Assembly (NCBI GenBank): GCA_042408215.1
Contig: JAYFMW010000017.1
Location: 416,001-480,000 of the forward strand
Length of the DNA stretch: 64,000 nt
Direction: 5' to 3'
Origin: Microcoleus sp.
GTDB taxonomy: Bacteria; Cyanobacteriota; Cyanobacteriia; Cyanobacteriales; Microcoleaceae
Position 1 is the first letter of the stretch. The number at the start of each line of letters is the position of its first letter. Below are positions 20,511 to 30,794 of this stretch, one piece after another. The notes beneath the pieces are model-generated. The model was not told the origin of the DNA. It made no database searches and saw only the letters and a list, made by a program, of their open reading frames with translations. Position numbers and translations under genes: made by a program.

Positions 20511-22220
20511 GTGAGAGTGTCTAGAATTATGGCTAAATCTGCACTGATGGCAATGCTGCGCCACGCTTCGAGCATTGCCCAGAAATCAATGGAAACGGGC
20601 ATTCCGGCTGACGAAATGCTGGGAATGATATCAGATCGCCCAGCCAATTTTCGCATATCTCGGCGCCACTTGCTGCACGGGGGTTTGGCTGCTGCGGGAG
20701 CAGTCGCTGCTGCGACTTTGACAGGGGAGGGAGAGGGGGCTTTTGCTCAACAGCAAGGTCGATCGCCCATTTTGGTTGTGGGTGGAGGGATTGCTGGTTT
20801 GACGGCGGCCTATCGCTTGCGTCAGGGGGGCGTGCGTGCCGATCTAATCGAGGCAACCAACCGCATAGGGGGGCGGATTCGCACTGTGCCAAAGGTGGCC
20901 CGAACGGAGATTTCGGCGGATGTGGGAGGAGAATTTATTGATAGCGGCCATAGTAATTTGATTTCGCTGGCGACGGAATTGGGCTTGCGGGCGATCGACT
21001 TAGCTCAAGTCCAGAGTGGATTTGTCAAGGATGCTTTTTTCTTGGAAGGACGCCGATTTTCTGTTCAGCAATTAATCGCAGATTTTGCGCCACTAGCTAG
21101 TAAGATTCAAGGAGATTTGCGGGCGGTTGGAGGTAACATTAGCTATCTTGATTTTACAGAAACAGCCGAAAAATTAGACAATATTTCAATTGCTGAATAT
21201 CTAGAAAAAGCTGAGACTAGCACGGCGATCCGACAGTTGCTCCGCATTGCTTACGTGACTGAATATGGTCGAGATGTTGAGGAACAGTCGGCCTTAAATT
21301 TGTTGTTTTTAATTGCTGCTCAAGCTGATAATTTTAGTTTGTACGGCGACAGCGATAAGCGTTATCAAATTGACGGAGGCAATAGTCAAATTGTCAACCG
21401 TTTGGCAAGTCAATTGTCGGGTTCGATCGAAGTGGGAACGGCTTTGGAAGCGATTACTATTTTGCCGGATGGGCGTTATCGAGTCAGTTTGCGATCGGGA
21501 CAAAGTACCTTCGATCGCACTTACGAGCGAGTTTTGTTAACTTTGCCCTTCAGCACTCTGCGAGAGGTTAAGATCAATGTGCCTTTACCGCAACCGAAGC
21601 GACGGGCGATCGAGCAATTGGGTTACGGTACTAATTCTAAATTAGTTACTGGCTACCGCAGCCGCATTTGGCGAGAAGTTTATCAATCCACTGCTTCTGT
21701 GTTTACAGACTTAGGATTTCAAAACACCTGGGAAGCTACACCTTTTGCTCCTACTGCTAACGGTTTAGTAACTAATTTTACCGGAGGCCAACAAGGTTTG
21801 GCAATGGGTAGCGGAGTTCCTGAAGACCAAGCACAAAGATTTTTAGGACAATTTGAAAGAGTCTTTCCCGGCGTGAAAAACTTAAGAACGGGAAAAGCTG
21901 TGCGAGCTTTTTGGCCGGGAGAACGTTTTTCAAAAGGTTCTTATGCTTGCTATTTAGTCGGACAATGGACGCAAATGTACACAGTAGAAGGCGAACAAGT
22001 TGGGAACTTATATTTTGCCGGAGAACACACTTCCCTAGAAAATCAAGGTTACATGGAAGGCGGTTGCGAAACTGGACAAAGGGCGGCTGTGGAAATTTTG
22101 CAAGATTTAGGTTTGACAGTTGCTGCTAATGCTTTGACTGCTAGAAGTGCTAGCAGTTTGAACAGTCGTCGTCCGAGTCGAAAAGTTCCGGGTGCTAAGA
22201 ATTATGGGAACGGCAATTAG
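20511..22220 (+). CDS. flavin monoamine oxidase family protein with twin-arginine motif
   Basis: SRRHLL followed by a hydrophobic stretch; GGGIAGL, EAT.RIGGR, FAGEHT...GYMEG; start possibly ATG 20529. Confidence 0.88.
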   Translation: MRVSRIMAKSALMAMLRHASSIAQKSMETGIPADEMLGMISDRPANFRISRRHLLHGGLAAAGAVAAATLTGEGEGAFAQQQGRSPILVVGGGIAGLTAAYRLRQGGVRADLIEATNRIGGRIRTVPKVARTEISADVGGEFIDSGHSNLISLATELGLRAIDLAQVQSGFVKDAFFLEGRRFSVQQLIADFAPLASKIQGDLRAVGGNISYLDFTETAEKLDNISIAEYLEKAETSTAIRQLLRIAYVTEYGRDVEEQSALNLLFLIAAQADNFSLYGDSDKRYQIDGGNSQIVNRLASQLSGSIEVGTALEAITILPDGRYRVSLRSGQSTFDRTYERVLLTLPFSTLREVKINVPLPQPKRRAIEQLGYGTNSKLVTGYRSRIWREVYQSTASVFTDLGFQNTWEATPFAPTANGLVTNFTGGQQGLAMGSGVPEDQAQRFLGQFERVFPGVKNLRTGKAVRAFWPGERFSKGSYACYLVGQWTQMYTVEGEQVGNLYFAGEHTSLENQGYMEGGCETGQRAAVEILQDLGLTVAANALTARSASSLNSRRPSRKVPGAKNYGNGN

Positions 22221-22320
22221 AGGATTATAAGATAAGTGAGCAACGGCTCAAAAAACAGAAGACCCAGATCCCCGACTTCGCAGAAGTTGTCGGGTATCTC
22301 AAATAATAGCGTTGAAAGTA

Positions 22321-22803
22321 ATGAAAATTTTACATTGGCTCGTGACTTTATCAATTCTACTAACAGCGCTCCTATCAGCTCGCCCTTTGCTGGCAGATAC
22401 TGCCAATCTCCTGGCCCAAAACTCCGAAATTGACGAACCGTTTTGCTACATGAAAACCCCCGACGGGAAAATAGTAAACTTGGGCAATTTGTGCGAAAAA
22501 AAACCAGGCTTAAGAAATTCTCAAACTTGTATTCCAGGTACCAACATTGCCTCCAAAGTTTCAATCACTAACGTAAATTACGACGGCAATTTTTTCAGTG
22601 GCAAAATCATCAATCAAGGCTGTAAAATTGTCAAAAATCTCAAAGTCAACTATGAAGTTTTAGACGAATCAGGGAATCTAATAGACAACGGATTTATCGA
22701 GGCTCAACCAGTTGCTATTGAACCGGGAAAGTCCGCCACCTTTCGGGGAGCAGTTGTCGCGGGGGCTCAGGTACGCGCAACTCATGCAGATGGTCAAGAA
22801 TGA
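22321..22803 (+). CDS. secreted FxLYD-type domain protein
   Basis: Signal peptide, CYM..DG..VNL.NLC motif, Ig-like G.IIN.G...V.V.YEVLD...IEPG.SATF. Confidence 0.65.
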   Translation: MKILHWLVTLSILLTALLSARPLLADTANLLAQNSEIDEPFCYMKTPDGKIVNLGNLCEKKPGLRNSQTCIPGTNIASKVSITNVNYDGNFFSGKIINQGCKIVKNLKVNYEVLDESGNLIDNGFIEAQPVAIEPGKSATFRGAVVAGAQVRATHADGQE

Positions 22804-22851
22804 TTTTTGATATTTGCCCGATCGCTGCTATCATATTCTGGCTGAGAATCT

Positions 22852-22990
22852 CTATGACTTACGCAATGATTTACGCAGAGATCCCCCTAAATCCCCCTTA
22901 AGAAGGGGGACTTTGAATCGGAATCTTGTTCCCCCCTTATTAAGGGGGGTTAGGGGGGATCGAAGTTTGAATATGCTTGCAGAAATCCCC
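22852..22990 (+). repeat. GC double-hairpin core in a degenerate TATGACTTACGCA-type wrapper
   Basis: ccccctaaatcccccttaagaaggggga...ccccccttattaaggggggttagggggga at about 22880-22962. Confidence 0.75.
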
Positions 22991-23001
22991 AAAAACAGAA
23001 C

Positions 23002-24792
23002 TTGCAGAGGCAAAATATCTTGAAAGCTCGATCGACTTATTGGCAAATCTTACCCTACCTCCAGCCGCAAAAACAAACCATTGGTAAAGCATTAGCTTGT
23101 ACCTTAGTGTTTACTGTATTTTGGCCGATAATAGCGTGGCTAGTTGGCGAAACAGCAAAATTTGTAGGTAAAGGAGATTTAAAAGGATTCGCTCAAATTG
23201 CCGCACTCAGTGCGATTATATTTCTGATTCGCGGTATAGTCCAGTACGGCCAAGATACGCTCATGGCAAAAGCTGCTTTGACTATTGCTTTAGAACTCCG
23301 AAAAAAAGTCTATACACACCTGCAACATCTAAATCTAGGCTACTTTGAAACTGCCAAAACAGGAGATTTATCCTATCGTTTAACTGAAGATATTGACCGC
23401 ATTGGCGAAGTCATAAATAAATTTTTTCATCAGTTTATTCCTTGTATTTTACAGCTAATTGTGGTAATGGGATATATGATTTATCTCAACTGGCAATTAA
23501 CTTTAGGTGCATTGATAATTGCACCGCTGATGGCAATATTAATTGGCTGGTTTGGAGAGAGATTGCTGAATTACTCACGGCTAAGTCAAAATCGCATTTC
23601 TGATTTATCAGCTTTACTGACAGAAGTATTCAGCGGCATTCGTTTAATCAAAGCGTTTGTGGCTGAAGAATACGAAATTTCCCGCTTTGCAGAAGAATCG
23701 GAACAAAACCGCCGCGCTAAGTATTTGTCAGAAAGAGTAAAAGCACTCCAGTTTGTCGTAGTTGGCTTTCTAGAAGCAATTAGCGTGATTTTGCTATTTT
23801 TCCTGGGAGGTTGGCAAATTGCTCAAGGTAATCTCACAGGGACTCAATTTATCAGTTACATAGCAGGAGTGGCGCTTTTAATCGATCCGATCGCCATTAC
23901 AACTGCTAATTACGGCGATTTCAAGCAGGGAGAAGCTTCTAGCGATCGCATTTTTGAACTATTAGCAATTCAACCAACAGTAGTCGAAAAGCCAGGGGCG
24001 ATCGAACTTCCCCACGTTACCGGAAAAGTCGAATACCGCAACATTAATTTTGCCTACCCCCCTCAACCCCCCCTCGATCGGGGGGGGCTAGGGGGGGTTC
24101 CGATTTTACAAAACATGAGTTTGCTGGCACTTCCCGGAGAAATGATCGCCCTCGTCGGCGCATCTGGTGCTGGGAAAACTACTTTAGTAAATTTGTTGCC
24201 CAGATTTTACGATCCGCAATCTGGACAGATTATGATTGACGGGATTGATATTCAAGATGTGACATTAAATACGCTGCGCCGACAAATCGGGATTGTGCCG
24301 CAAGAAACTATTTTATTTTCCGGTACAATCGCTCAAAATATTGCTTTTGGGCGATCTTATTACGAACTGAAAGATGTTCAAAAAGCGGCGGAAATTGCCA
24401 ACGCCCATCAATTTATTAGTGGGTTTCCCGACGGTTATCAAACTTGGGTTGGAGAAAGGGGCGTAAATTTATCTGGTGGCCAAAAACAAAGAATTGCGAT
24501 CGCCCGTGCAGTTTTGCTCAATCCTCGAATTTTGATTCTCGATGAAGCGACATCGGCGCTAGATTCGGAATCGGAAGCTTTGGTACAGGAAGCGTTGGAA
24601 AGATTGATGCGCGATCGGACTGTGTTTATTATCGCTCACCGCTTGGCTACTGTGCGAAAAGCCGATCGAATTTTGGTATTGGAAAAAGGGAGAATTATGG
24701 AATCGGGGACTCATGAGGAGTTGCTGGAAAAGGGCGATCGCTATGCTCGTTATTACGCTCAGCAATTTAATCAATCGGGTGTGTTAAGCTAA
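23002..24792 (+). CDS. MsbA-like ABC transporter (permease + ATPase)
   Basis: TM domain; GASGAGKT, LSGGQ, ILDEAT, AHRL; start may be TTG 23020; in-frame hairpin insert at 24057-24097. Confidence 0.93.
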   Translation: MQRQNILKARSTYWQILPYLQPQKQTIGKALACTLVFTVFWPIIAWLVGETAKFVGKGDLKGFAQIAALSAIIFLIRGIVQYGQDTLMAKAALTIALELRKKVYTHLQHLNLGYFETAKTGDLSYRLTEDIDRIGEVINKFFHQFIPCILQLIVVMGYMIYLNWQLTLGALIIAPLMAILIGWFGERLLNYSRLSQNRISDLSALLTEVFSGIRLIKAFVAEEYEISRFAEESEQNRRAKYLSERVKALQFVVVGFLEAISVILLFFLGGWQIAQGNLTGTQFISYIAGVALLIDPIAITTANYGDFKQGEASSDRIFELLAIQPTVVEKPGAIELPHVTGKVEYRNINFAYPPQPPLDRGGLGGVPILQNMSLLALPGEMIALVGASGAGKTTLVNLLPRFYDPQSGQIMIDGIDIQDVTLNTLRRQIGIVPQETILFSGTIAQNIAFGRSYYELKDVQKAAEIANAHQFISGFPDGYQTWVGERGVNLSGGQKQRIAIARAVLLNPRILILDEATSALDSESEALVQEALERLMRDRTVFIIAHRLATVRKADRILVLEKGRIMESGTHEELLEKGDRYARYYAQQFNQSGVLS

Positions 24793-24793
24793 A

Positions 24794-25105
24794 GTGGTAA
24801 TACCAGTTTTTTATGAGGCTGCATAGAATCCGATCCCCCCTAACCCCCCTTAATAAGGGGGGAACAAGATTCTGCTCAAAGTCCCCCTTCTTAAGGGGGA
24901 TTTAGGGGGATCGAGATCTATGCAACGACCCATTAAATTGGTATAATGTGCACACTGCACACCCGACAAGTGGAGTTTTTTTGTAGTAGTAAGGTGCACA
25001 CTGCACACCCGACTATTCGAGTTTTTGCAGAGTAGTAAGGTGCACACTGTACACCCGACTATTCGAGTTTTTGCAGAGTAGTAAGGTGCACAATGCACAC
25101 CCTAC
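24794..25105 (+). repeat. tandem array of four REP-like units (46-bp period); first unit split by the MITE
   Basis: gtagtaaggtgcacactgcacacccgac starts at 24986, 25032 and 25078; unit 0 starts at 24794. Confidence 0.85.
24801..24943 (-). mobile_element. MITE type A, second copy
   Basis: TACCA...TGGTA flanked by TAA at 24798-24800 and 24944-24946. Confidence 0.85.
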
Positions 25106-25794
25106 AAGTCTCGCCCCGTCACCCGCAACATCTTGTTTCCACCTTTCTGAAATTCATAAGATACCTGTTGAATTTCTACACAAAAACCTGTTTTTTCTAA
25201 CTCTTTAATTGTCGGTTCCAACCGCTCGGAAACCTCGCCAGTAAAACTCTGCAACAAAGGAAATATCCGCACTTCCTTAGCAACCCGACACATTTCAGTA
25301 ATGGCCGCGATATGAAATTCTTCGGAAAGCAGGTGAGAATAGGCAAATAAAAAATGGCTGCACAAAGCTAAATCGAACTGGCGATTAGTGAAAGGCAAAA
25401 ACGGCAATTCAGCAGTTATGTAGCGACCTTGCTGAATTCCTAGGGGAAAATCTTTGAAAAATTGCTGCATCGCCCCCATCCGTAACTCGCCTAGTTGTGA
25501 CGGCGATGTGATATTTGTCCAGACGTAGCCATCTAAATTTGCCTGAACTCCGTTAATCACAGTTTGGTAAGTTGCTTGAATGCGATCGCGAATTTCAACC
25601 GCACTAAACTGATACACTGGATCGCAAGAAATTACCTTGTTACCTCGACGAGTCATTTCAGCATTGAAGCTAGCGGGCCCACCAGCACAGTCAAGAATTT
25701 CTAACTCAAAATCAGCAGGTTTCAGATTAAACATTCCCATGTATTCATCCAAACACCGCCCCCAGGGAATTACTTGCTCTAGTTTGATTGACAC
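25102..25794 (-). CDS. SAM-dependent methyltransferase
   Basis: ILDCAGGPASF, FDLALCSHFLF. Confidence 0.8.
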   Translation of the reverse strand: MSIKLEQVIPWGRCLDEYMGMFNLKPADFELEILDCAGGPASFNAEMTRRGNKVISCDPVYQFSAVEIRDRIQATYQTVINGVQANLDGYVWTNITSPSQLGELRMGAMQQFFKDFPLGIQQGRYITAELPFLPFTNRQFDLALCSHFLFAYSHLLSEEFHIAAITEMCRVAKEVRIFPLLQSFTGEVSERLEPTIKELEKTGFCVEIQQVSYEFQKGGNKMLRVTGRDL

Positions 25795-26029
25795 TTGTGT
25801 TTGCCCAGCAGTTAGAATTCTTTGATATTATCAAAAAAATGAGGGTGCATACTTTACAATTCCTTTACAAACCGGGTGCGAGATTGCCAAGTACGATCGC
25901 ACAAATTTTACCATTCCAGCTAGAGATTTTGAATCGCGGCGAGGCTACACTTGACAACAGGGAAAACAAATTAAAATCAATTAACCAAATCGCTCTTAAT
26001 CATGGGCACGCTGCAACCAGGGAAGAAAC

Positions 26030-27910
26030 ATGAAACATACCGTTAAAACCTGCACAAGTCTGAGTTTGTCAGCACTCCTGCTACTGAGCAGTTCCCTGCC
26101 CAGTATAGCTCAGTTGCCCGTCATCAGAACTCCTGCACCCAGTCCGAACCGAAATCGGCCAAGAGTACCACCACCACCACCCCCAGGCTCCGCTCTACCC
26201 AACGGAAATTTTGGTTCACTGACACAAGAAGCAGCTTATATTTTAGGATCGGGCGATCGCATTGCTTTAGATATTTTCGGCGTTCCAGAATTTAGCAAAG
26301 AATACCAAGTATTAGTTGACGGAACGCTGAATTTACCAATCATTCGCAGTGTATCAATTCAAGGGCTGACATTGCAACAAGCCGCCAACGTCATTACCAA
26401 GCGATACGAACCCTTTATTAATGTTCCCGTTGTCACTGTAACTTTGATGGTTGCTAGACCCCTAAATATAGGAGTTGCCGGTGAAGTTACTCGACCGGGT
26501 TCCTACAAAATTAATCCCTCCAGAGAAGGAGGAGGAGTAAAATTTCCGACTTTGATGGAAATGCTGCAACTTGCAAAAGGGGTGACATCAGCAGGAGATA
26601 TGCGAACTGTCCAAATTCGCCGTCCCCGTAGAGGTGGGTCAGAGCAAGTTATTAATGTTAATTTGCAGGATTTTTTAGACACAGGAAATCTGCGGCAAGA
26701 TGTCACTATCCGAGATGGAGATACAATTTTTGTACCGACAGCAAGTGCTCTCAATACTCAAGAAGTACGTCAAAGAGCTAGTGCTAATTTTTCCGCTGAT
26801 ATTACTAAACCAATTGGTGTGGTAATTGTCGGCGAGGTAAGCAGGCCAGGGCCTTATACTGTATCTGCTTCTGATTTGCGATCGACCAACCAACAAACCG
26901 AGCTGGGTTTTGTCAGTATCGAGCAACAGCAAGGAGCAGTTGTGGGGCTACCAACCATAACTAGAGCCCTCAAAATTGCTGGCGGTATCACCACAGAAGC
27001 TGACATTCGCCGCGTGCAAATCCGCCGCCAAATCAAAGGAGGTACTGAACAAACTATCCTGGTAAATCTCTGGGATTTGCTGCAAAAAGGTGATGCTACA
27101 CAAGATGTTTTGCTCCAAGAAGGAGATAGCATTATTATCCCAACAGCAGCTAACGTAGACTTGGCTGAAGTTTCTCAAGTCGCAACTAGCAGTTTTGCTC
27201 CGAACGCAATTCAGATCAATATTGTGGGGGAAGTGATCAGACCTGGGGCTTTGCAGGTTAAACCTAGTACATCCCTCCACCAAGCTCTGCTAACCGCAGG
27301 AAGTTTCAATCAATTGCGGGCGAAAAAAGACAAAGTTGAACTGTTGCGTTTGAACCCAAACGGTACTGTTTCTCGCCGCACTATAGACGTTGATTTTGCT
27401 CAAGGGTTGAATCTAAATAATAACCCAACTCTCCGCAATAATGATGTGATTCTTGTAGCGCGATCGGGCTATACTAGAGTAGCAGATAATATCAACACTT
27501 TCTTGCAGCCAATCACAGGAGTTGCAGGTGTCATCAACACTGTTAGCGGAGTTTTTACTGGGTTTCAAACGACTATCAACGCTTTTCAGAACTTATTTTT
27601 AGGAGGAGATTTCGAGCGCAAAAATCAACTCAGACAGATTCGTCAACAAAATCAAGACAGAGAACAGCAACGTGAAGACAGACAGCTAGAAAGAGAGATA
27701 CAACGTCAAGATAGAGAACAGCAACGTGAAGACAGACTGCTACAATTAGAGCTACAACGTCAAGATAGACTACAGCAAGCAGAAGACAGAAGACTGCTAC
27801 TTGAAGACAGACAGCGGCAAATTGATGTTGAAAATCAGCGACTTCAGATTCAAAATCAGCAACTTGAGCTCCAGCAGCAGCAGCCGCAGCAAATTCAGTC
27901 TACTCCTTGA
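26030..27910 (+). CDS. polysaccharide export (Wza/OPX-like) protein with SLBB domains
   Basis: YILGSGD.I...V.VDGT..LP; repeated GEV.RPG SLBB units; Q/R/E-rich repeat tail. Confidence 0.9.
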   Translation: MKHTVKTCTSLSLSALLLLSSSLPSIAQLPVIRTPAPSPNRNRPRVPPPPPPGSALPNGNFGSLTQEAAYILGSGDRIALDIFGVPEFSKEYQVLVDGTLNLPIIRSVSIQGLTLQQAANVITKRYEPFINVPVVTVTLMVARPLNIGVAGEVTRPGSYKINPSREGGGVKFPTLMEMLQLAKGVTSAGDMRTVQIRRPRRGGSEQVINVNLQDFLDTGNLRQDVTIRDGDTIFVPTASALNTQEVRQRASANFSADITKPIGVVIVGEVSRPGPYTVSASDLRSTNQQTELGFVSIEQQQGAVVGLPTITRALKIAGGITTEADIRRVQIRRQIKGGTEQTILVNLWDLLQKGDATQDVLLQEGDSIIIPTAANVDLAEVSQVATSSFAPNAIQINIVGEVIRPGALQVKPSTSLHQALLTAGSFNQLRAKKDKVELLRLNPNGTVSRRTIDVDFAQGLNLNNNPTLRNNDVILVARSGYTRVADNINTFLQPITGVAGVINTVSGVFTGFQTTINAFQNLFLGGDFERKNQLRQIRQQNQDREQQREDRQLEREIQRQDREQQREDRLLQLELQRQDRLQQAEDRRLLLEDRQRQIDVENQRLQIQNQQLELQQQQPQQIQSTP

Positions 27911-28002
27911 CATAGCGGTTTTCAAAGGTTATGTACAGAGTGTTGGGCCCAGCGATCGCAACCGCAACATCCGATTAAGTGAGTGTTGGGTTCTCAGGTT
28001 GC

Positions 28003-28725
28003 CTACTGATCAGAAGGTGTGCGCGTTTCAGAGGGAGAATTTAAAATATTTAACAAAACTTTCCTGTAGATATCTAAACCTTTTGCATTCAGGTGAACGC
28101 CGTCAATTGTTAAATCTTCGTTGAGTGCTTGTTCCTTAAATAATGCTTGTATTCCTCGATATTCAACAGGAACTTTTTCAGAATTAGCTACTCGATCGAT
28201 CAGAACATTAATTTCGTCAACTCTAGCAATTGTTCCTGCTGATTGAGGATTGTAGCTGGCGGCAACAGTTGAGTAAAAACTAGGAATAAGAATGATTTGT
28301 TTAGTACCAGTCGATCGCATAATTGCGATCGCCTCTTTCAAATTACTGACAAACTGCTCATCGCTAATGCCGTACATAGCATCATTTGTGCCGATCGCAA
28401 TAATAGATTTTTCGCACTGAAAACCCTTTGGTACTACAAGCTTAAGCTGTTCGAGCAGCGAAACTGAGCTCATCCCGCCGATCGCAAAATTAAAATTTTG
28501 TTCACCCAAAGAAGCTCCCAGAGCCGAGGAAATAGAATCGCCCCACACGCACCCTTGATAATGCTGATCTTGAATTTGTTGTACCTGATTGTATACAGCA
28601 ACTTGCCACCACAGGGCCGAGCTCACAGTATCACCCGCAGGTTGCGGATTAGCTAGAGTCCGAAAGGGGATGTACGCACACAACAACGCCAACAAGACGG
28701 AGATTAACCTAAATTTAACTTTCAT
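28003..28725 (-). CDS. secreted SGNH/GDSL hydrolase
   Basis: WGDSIS, IGTNDA, DGVHLN. Confidence 0.88.
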   Translation of the reverse strand: MKVKFRLISVLLALLCAYIPFRTLANPQPAGDTVSSALWWQVAVYNQVQQIQDQHYQGCVWGDSISSALGASLGEQNFNFAIGGMSSVSLLEQLKLVVPKGFQCEKSIIAIGTNDAMYGISDEQFVSNLKEAIAIMRSTGTKQIILIPSFYSTVAASYNPQSAGTIARVDEINVLIDRVANSEKVPVEYRGIQALFKEQALNEDLTIDGVHLNAKGLDIYRKVLLNILNSPSETRTPSDQ

Positions 28726-28866
28726 AAAACTTGCTTCAATTGGCTGCTACTTGAGTTTATGGTATTGCTTTAACAAGCAGTCAGGATTTATGCAAATTTC
28801 AAGAAATTGCGATCGCCAACAACAAGTCAAGTCCGAGTTGTAGTGACATTTTTTCAGGACAATTAA

Positions 28867-29694
28867 TCAACCTTTCGCCCCCAACAATTCCGGCTGCAAA
28901 ACCTGATTTAATTTGCCGCTGCGAAACCCCTCCAAATCCAAAGTCGCGTAAACAAAACCCAACTCCTGAAACGCCCCCACCAATGCAGGCAAATCCGCCT
29001 TTAACACAAACTCCTTAATCTCCTGGGCTGGTAACTCAATGCGCGCCGTGTCTCCATCCGATCGCACTCGCAGATTTTTCAGTCCCAACTGCCGCAAATA
29101 TCGTTCAGCGCGCCCCACTCTTTGCAACTTTCCCACGGTGATTTCTTCACCGTAGGGAAAGCGCGAACTCAAACAAGGCTGAGCCGGTTTGTCCCACCAA
29201 GGCAAACCTAATTCTTTGGCTAATTGCCGCACTTCCAATTTAGTAATTCCTACTTCTGCTAAAGGCGATCGCGCGCCCCGTTCCTTCGCCGCCTGAATCC
29301 CCGGACGATAATCCTTTAAATCATCAGCATTCACCCCATCCACCACATAAGGATAACCCTTTTCGAGTGCTAGCGGTTTCAAAGTATCATGCAGTTCGCT
29401 TTTGCAGAAATAGCAGCGATTAACCGGGTTAGAAGTGTAATTAGGATTTGCCATTTCCTGAGTTTCTACTTCCTCGTGAACAATACCAATTTCTGCTGCT
29501 TGAATCCGCGCATCTTCTAAATCTTCTGGTAATAAAGACGGGGAAACTGCTGTCACGGCCAAAGCGCGATCGCCCAAAACGTCAAAAGCAATTTTTGCCA
29601 CCAAAGTGCTGTCAATGCCGCCAGAGTAGGCAATCAGCGCCCGATCCATCTGTGCGAACAGAGTTTTTAATTTTTCGAGTTTTTCGACTAACAT
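28867..29694 (-). CDS. larE: ATP-dependent sacrificial sulfur transferase
   Basis: YSGGIDS PP-loop, RCYFCK, DYRPG, PCLSSR, LRVR, GFRSG. Confidence 0.92.
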   Translation of the reverse strand: MLVEKLEKLKTLFAQMDRALIAYSGGIDSTLVAKIAFDVLGDRALAVTAVSPSLLPEDLEDARIQAAEIGIVHEEVETQEMANPNYTSNPVNRCYFCKSELHDTLKPLALEKGYPYVVDGVNADDLKDYRPGIQAAKERGARSPLAEVGITKLEVRQLAKELGLPWWDKPAQPCLSSRFPYGEEITVGKLQRVGRAERYLRQLGLKNLRVRSDGDTARIELPAQEIKEFVLKADLPALVGAFQELGFVYATLDLEGFRSGKLNQVLQPELLGAKG

Positions 29695-29714
29695 GATTTC
29701 AACTTTTTTTACTG

Positions 29715-30515
29715 TTATTCTGGATCGATACCGAGGGCGGCCAATCGCGCCAAAAGTTCTTGATTGCGCTGTCTTTCCTGTTCCAGTAGAGTCTGGGCTG
29801 ACTCTTTATCTTGCTGTTCTCGATCGGCCCGCTGGCTTTCTGCTTCAGCCCGCAGGCGTTGATTCTCCGCGCGTTCTTCCGGCCACAAAAGCAACTCCCC
29901 AGCCATATTCCACCAGCGCAGCCAATATCCCGTTCTACCTTCGCGAGTTCCCAGCCAAACTCCCAAAAATAGATCTAATCCAGGTATTAAATAACGCTCG
30001 TTTTCATCAGGGTTTTGATTGTCATAGCGCTCGGATTCTAGCGCATAAACTTCTATTCTGCCTGTATGCGGTCGAAAAATGACATAGCGGGGAACTTTGA
30101 TTACTTGTTCGTAAAAAAACCACTTGCCGATTTCTTCTGTGTGTTCGACAGAGTATTCATCGCCGTAAGTAGCTGACAGAAATTCCATCACTACAAAAGG
30201 CACTGTTCCTTCGGTATGAGGAGTATAACTGCGACGCGGATAGCTGTGAGGCCAAGGTTGAACGGGGCGCACGTACATCCAGTCTGGGGCTTTGCAAATA
30301 GTTCGATCGTCCACAGCCGCGCACAAAGCAAAATTAGAAACGATCAGTGCGTCTTGCATTACTTCGGGGGAAGCAACTAAAGACTGGCGCAAACCATTAG
30401 CGATTAAGGGATGGTCTATATCGTCTACAGGGTCATCTGGTAGGATAAAATCATCTGGTAGCAGTGGCCAAGTAATCTTTAGCTCAGAGAGCGGTTTGTG
30501 AATTATCGTAGTCAT
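29715..30515 (-). CDS. Uma2 family endonuclease-like protein
   Basis: LPDDPVD, APDWMYV, VMEFLS; RAE/QRA coiled tail ending GIDPE. Confidence 0.88.
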   Translation of the reverse strand: MTTIIHKPLSELKITWPLLPDDFILPDDPVDDIDHPLIANGLRQSLVASPEVMQDALIVSNFALCAAVDDRTICKAPDWMYVRPVQPWPHSYPRRSYTPHTEGTVPFVVMEFLSATYGDEYSVEHTEEIGKWFFYEQVIKVPRYVIFRPHTGRIEVYALESERYDNQNPDENERYLIPGLDLFLGVWLGTREGRTGYWLRWWNMAGELLLWPEERAENQRLRAEAESQRADREQQDKESAQTLLEQERQRNQELLARLAALGIDPE

Positions 30516-30571
30516 AAGTCACCTAATTTTACCAATAAAAGTGTAAGTTTTAATCTCGATTGTCGATGGAT

Positions 30572-30716
30572 CAATACGCTTGGGTTAAAACAGTTTATTC
30601 CTCGGAAAACCCCTAAATCCCCCTTAAGAATGGGAGTAGGGGTTGACTTTGAGTAAGTTCTTTTCCCCCCTTGGGAAGGGGGGTTAGGGGGGATCTGGCT
30701 TAACTGAATCCGATTG
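30572..30716 (+). mobile_element. MITE type C (CAATACG...GTTAA ends) carrying the GC double-hairpin core
   Basis: caatacgcttgggttaa / ttaactgaatccgattg imperfect IR; flanks gtcgatggat / ggcgatcgat form a degenerate 10-bp duplication. Confidence 0.7.
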
Positions 30717-30794
30717 GGCGATCGATCGCCTTGTCTATATCTTAGCCTGCTAATTCAATTTTACTGCACTCGTTTAAGGTGCAAAATGCCGATT

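Noticed and set aside
22814..23046. Short ORFs containing DPPKSPLRRG (also 24850-25098, 39667-39855, 60754-60951)
   Set aside because: Chance translations of the MITE core
24944..25105. 46-bp periodic array as a CRISPR
   Set aside because: Inter-repeat segments are about 18 bp and near-identical rather than unique spacers; no cas genes; units are REP-like
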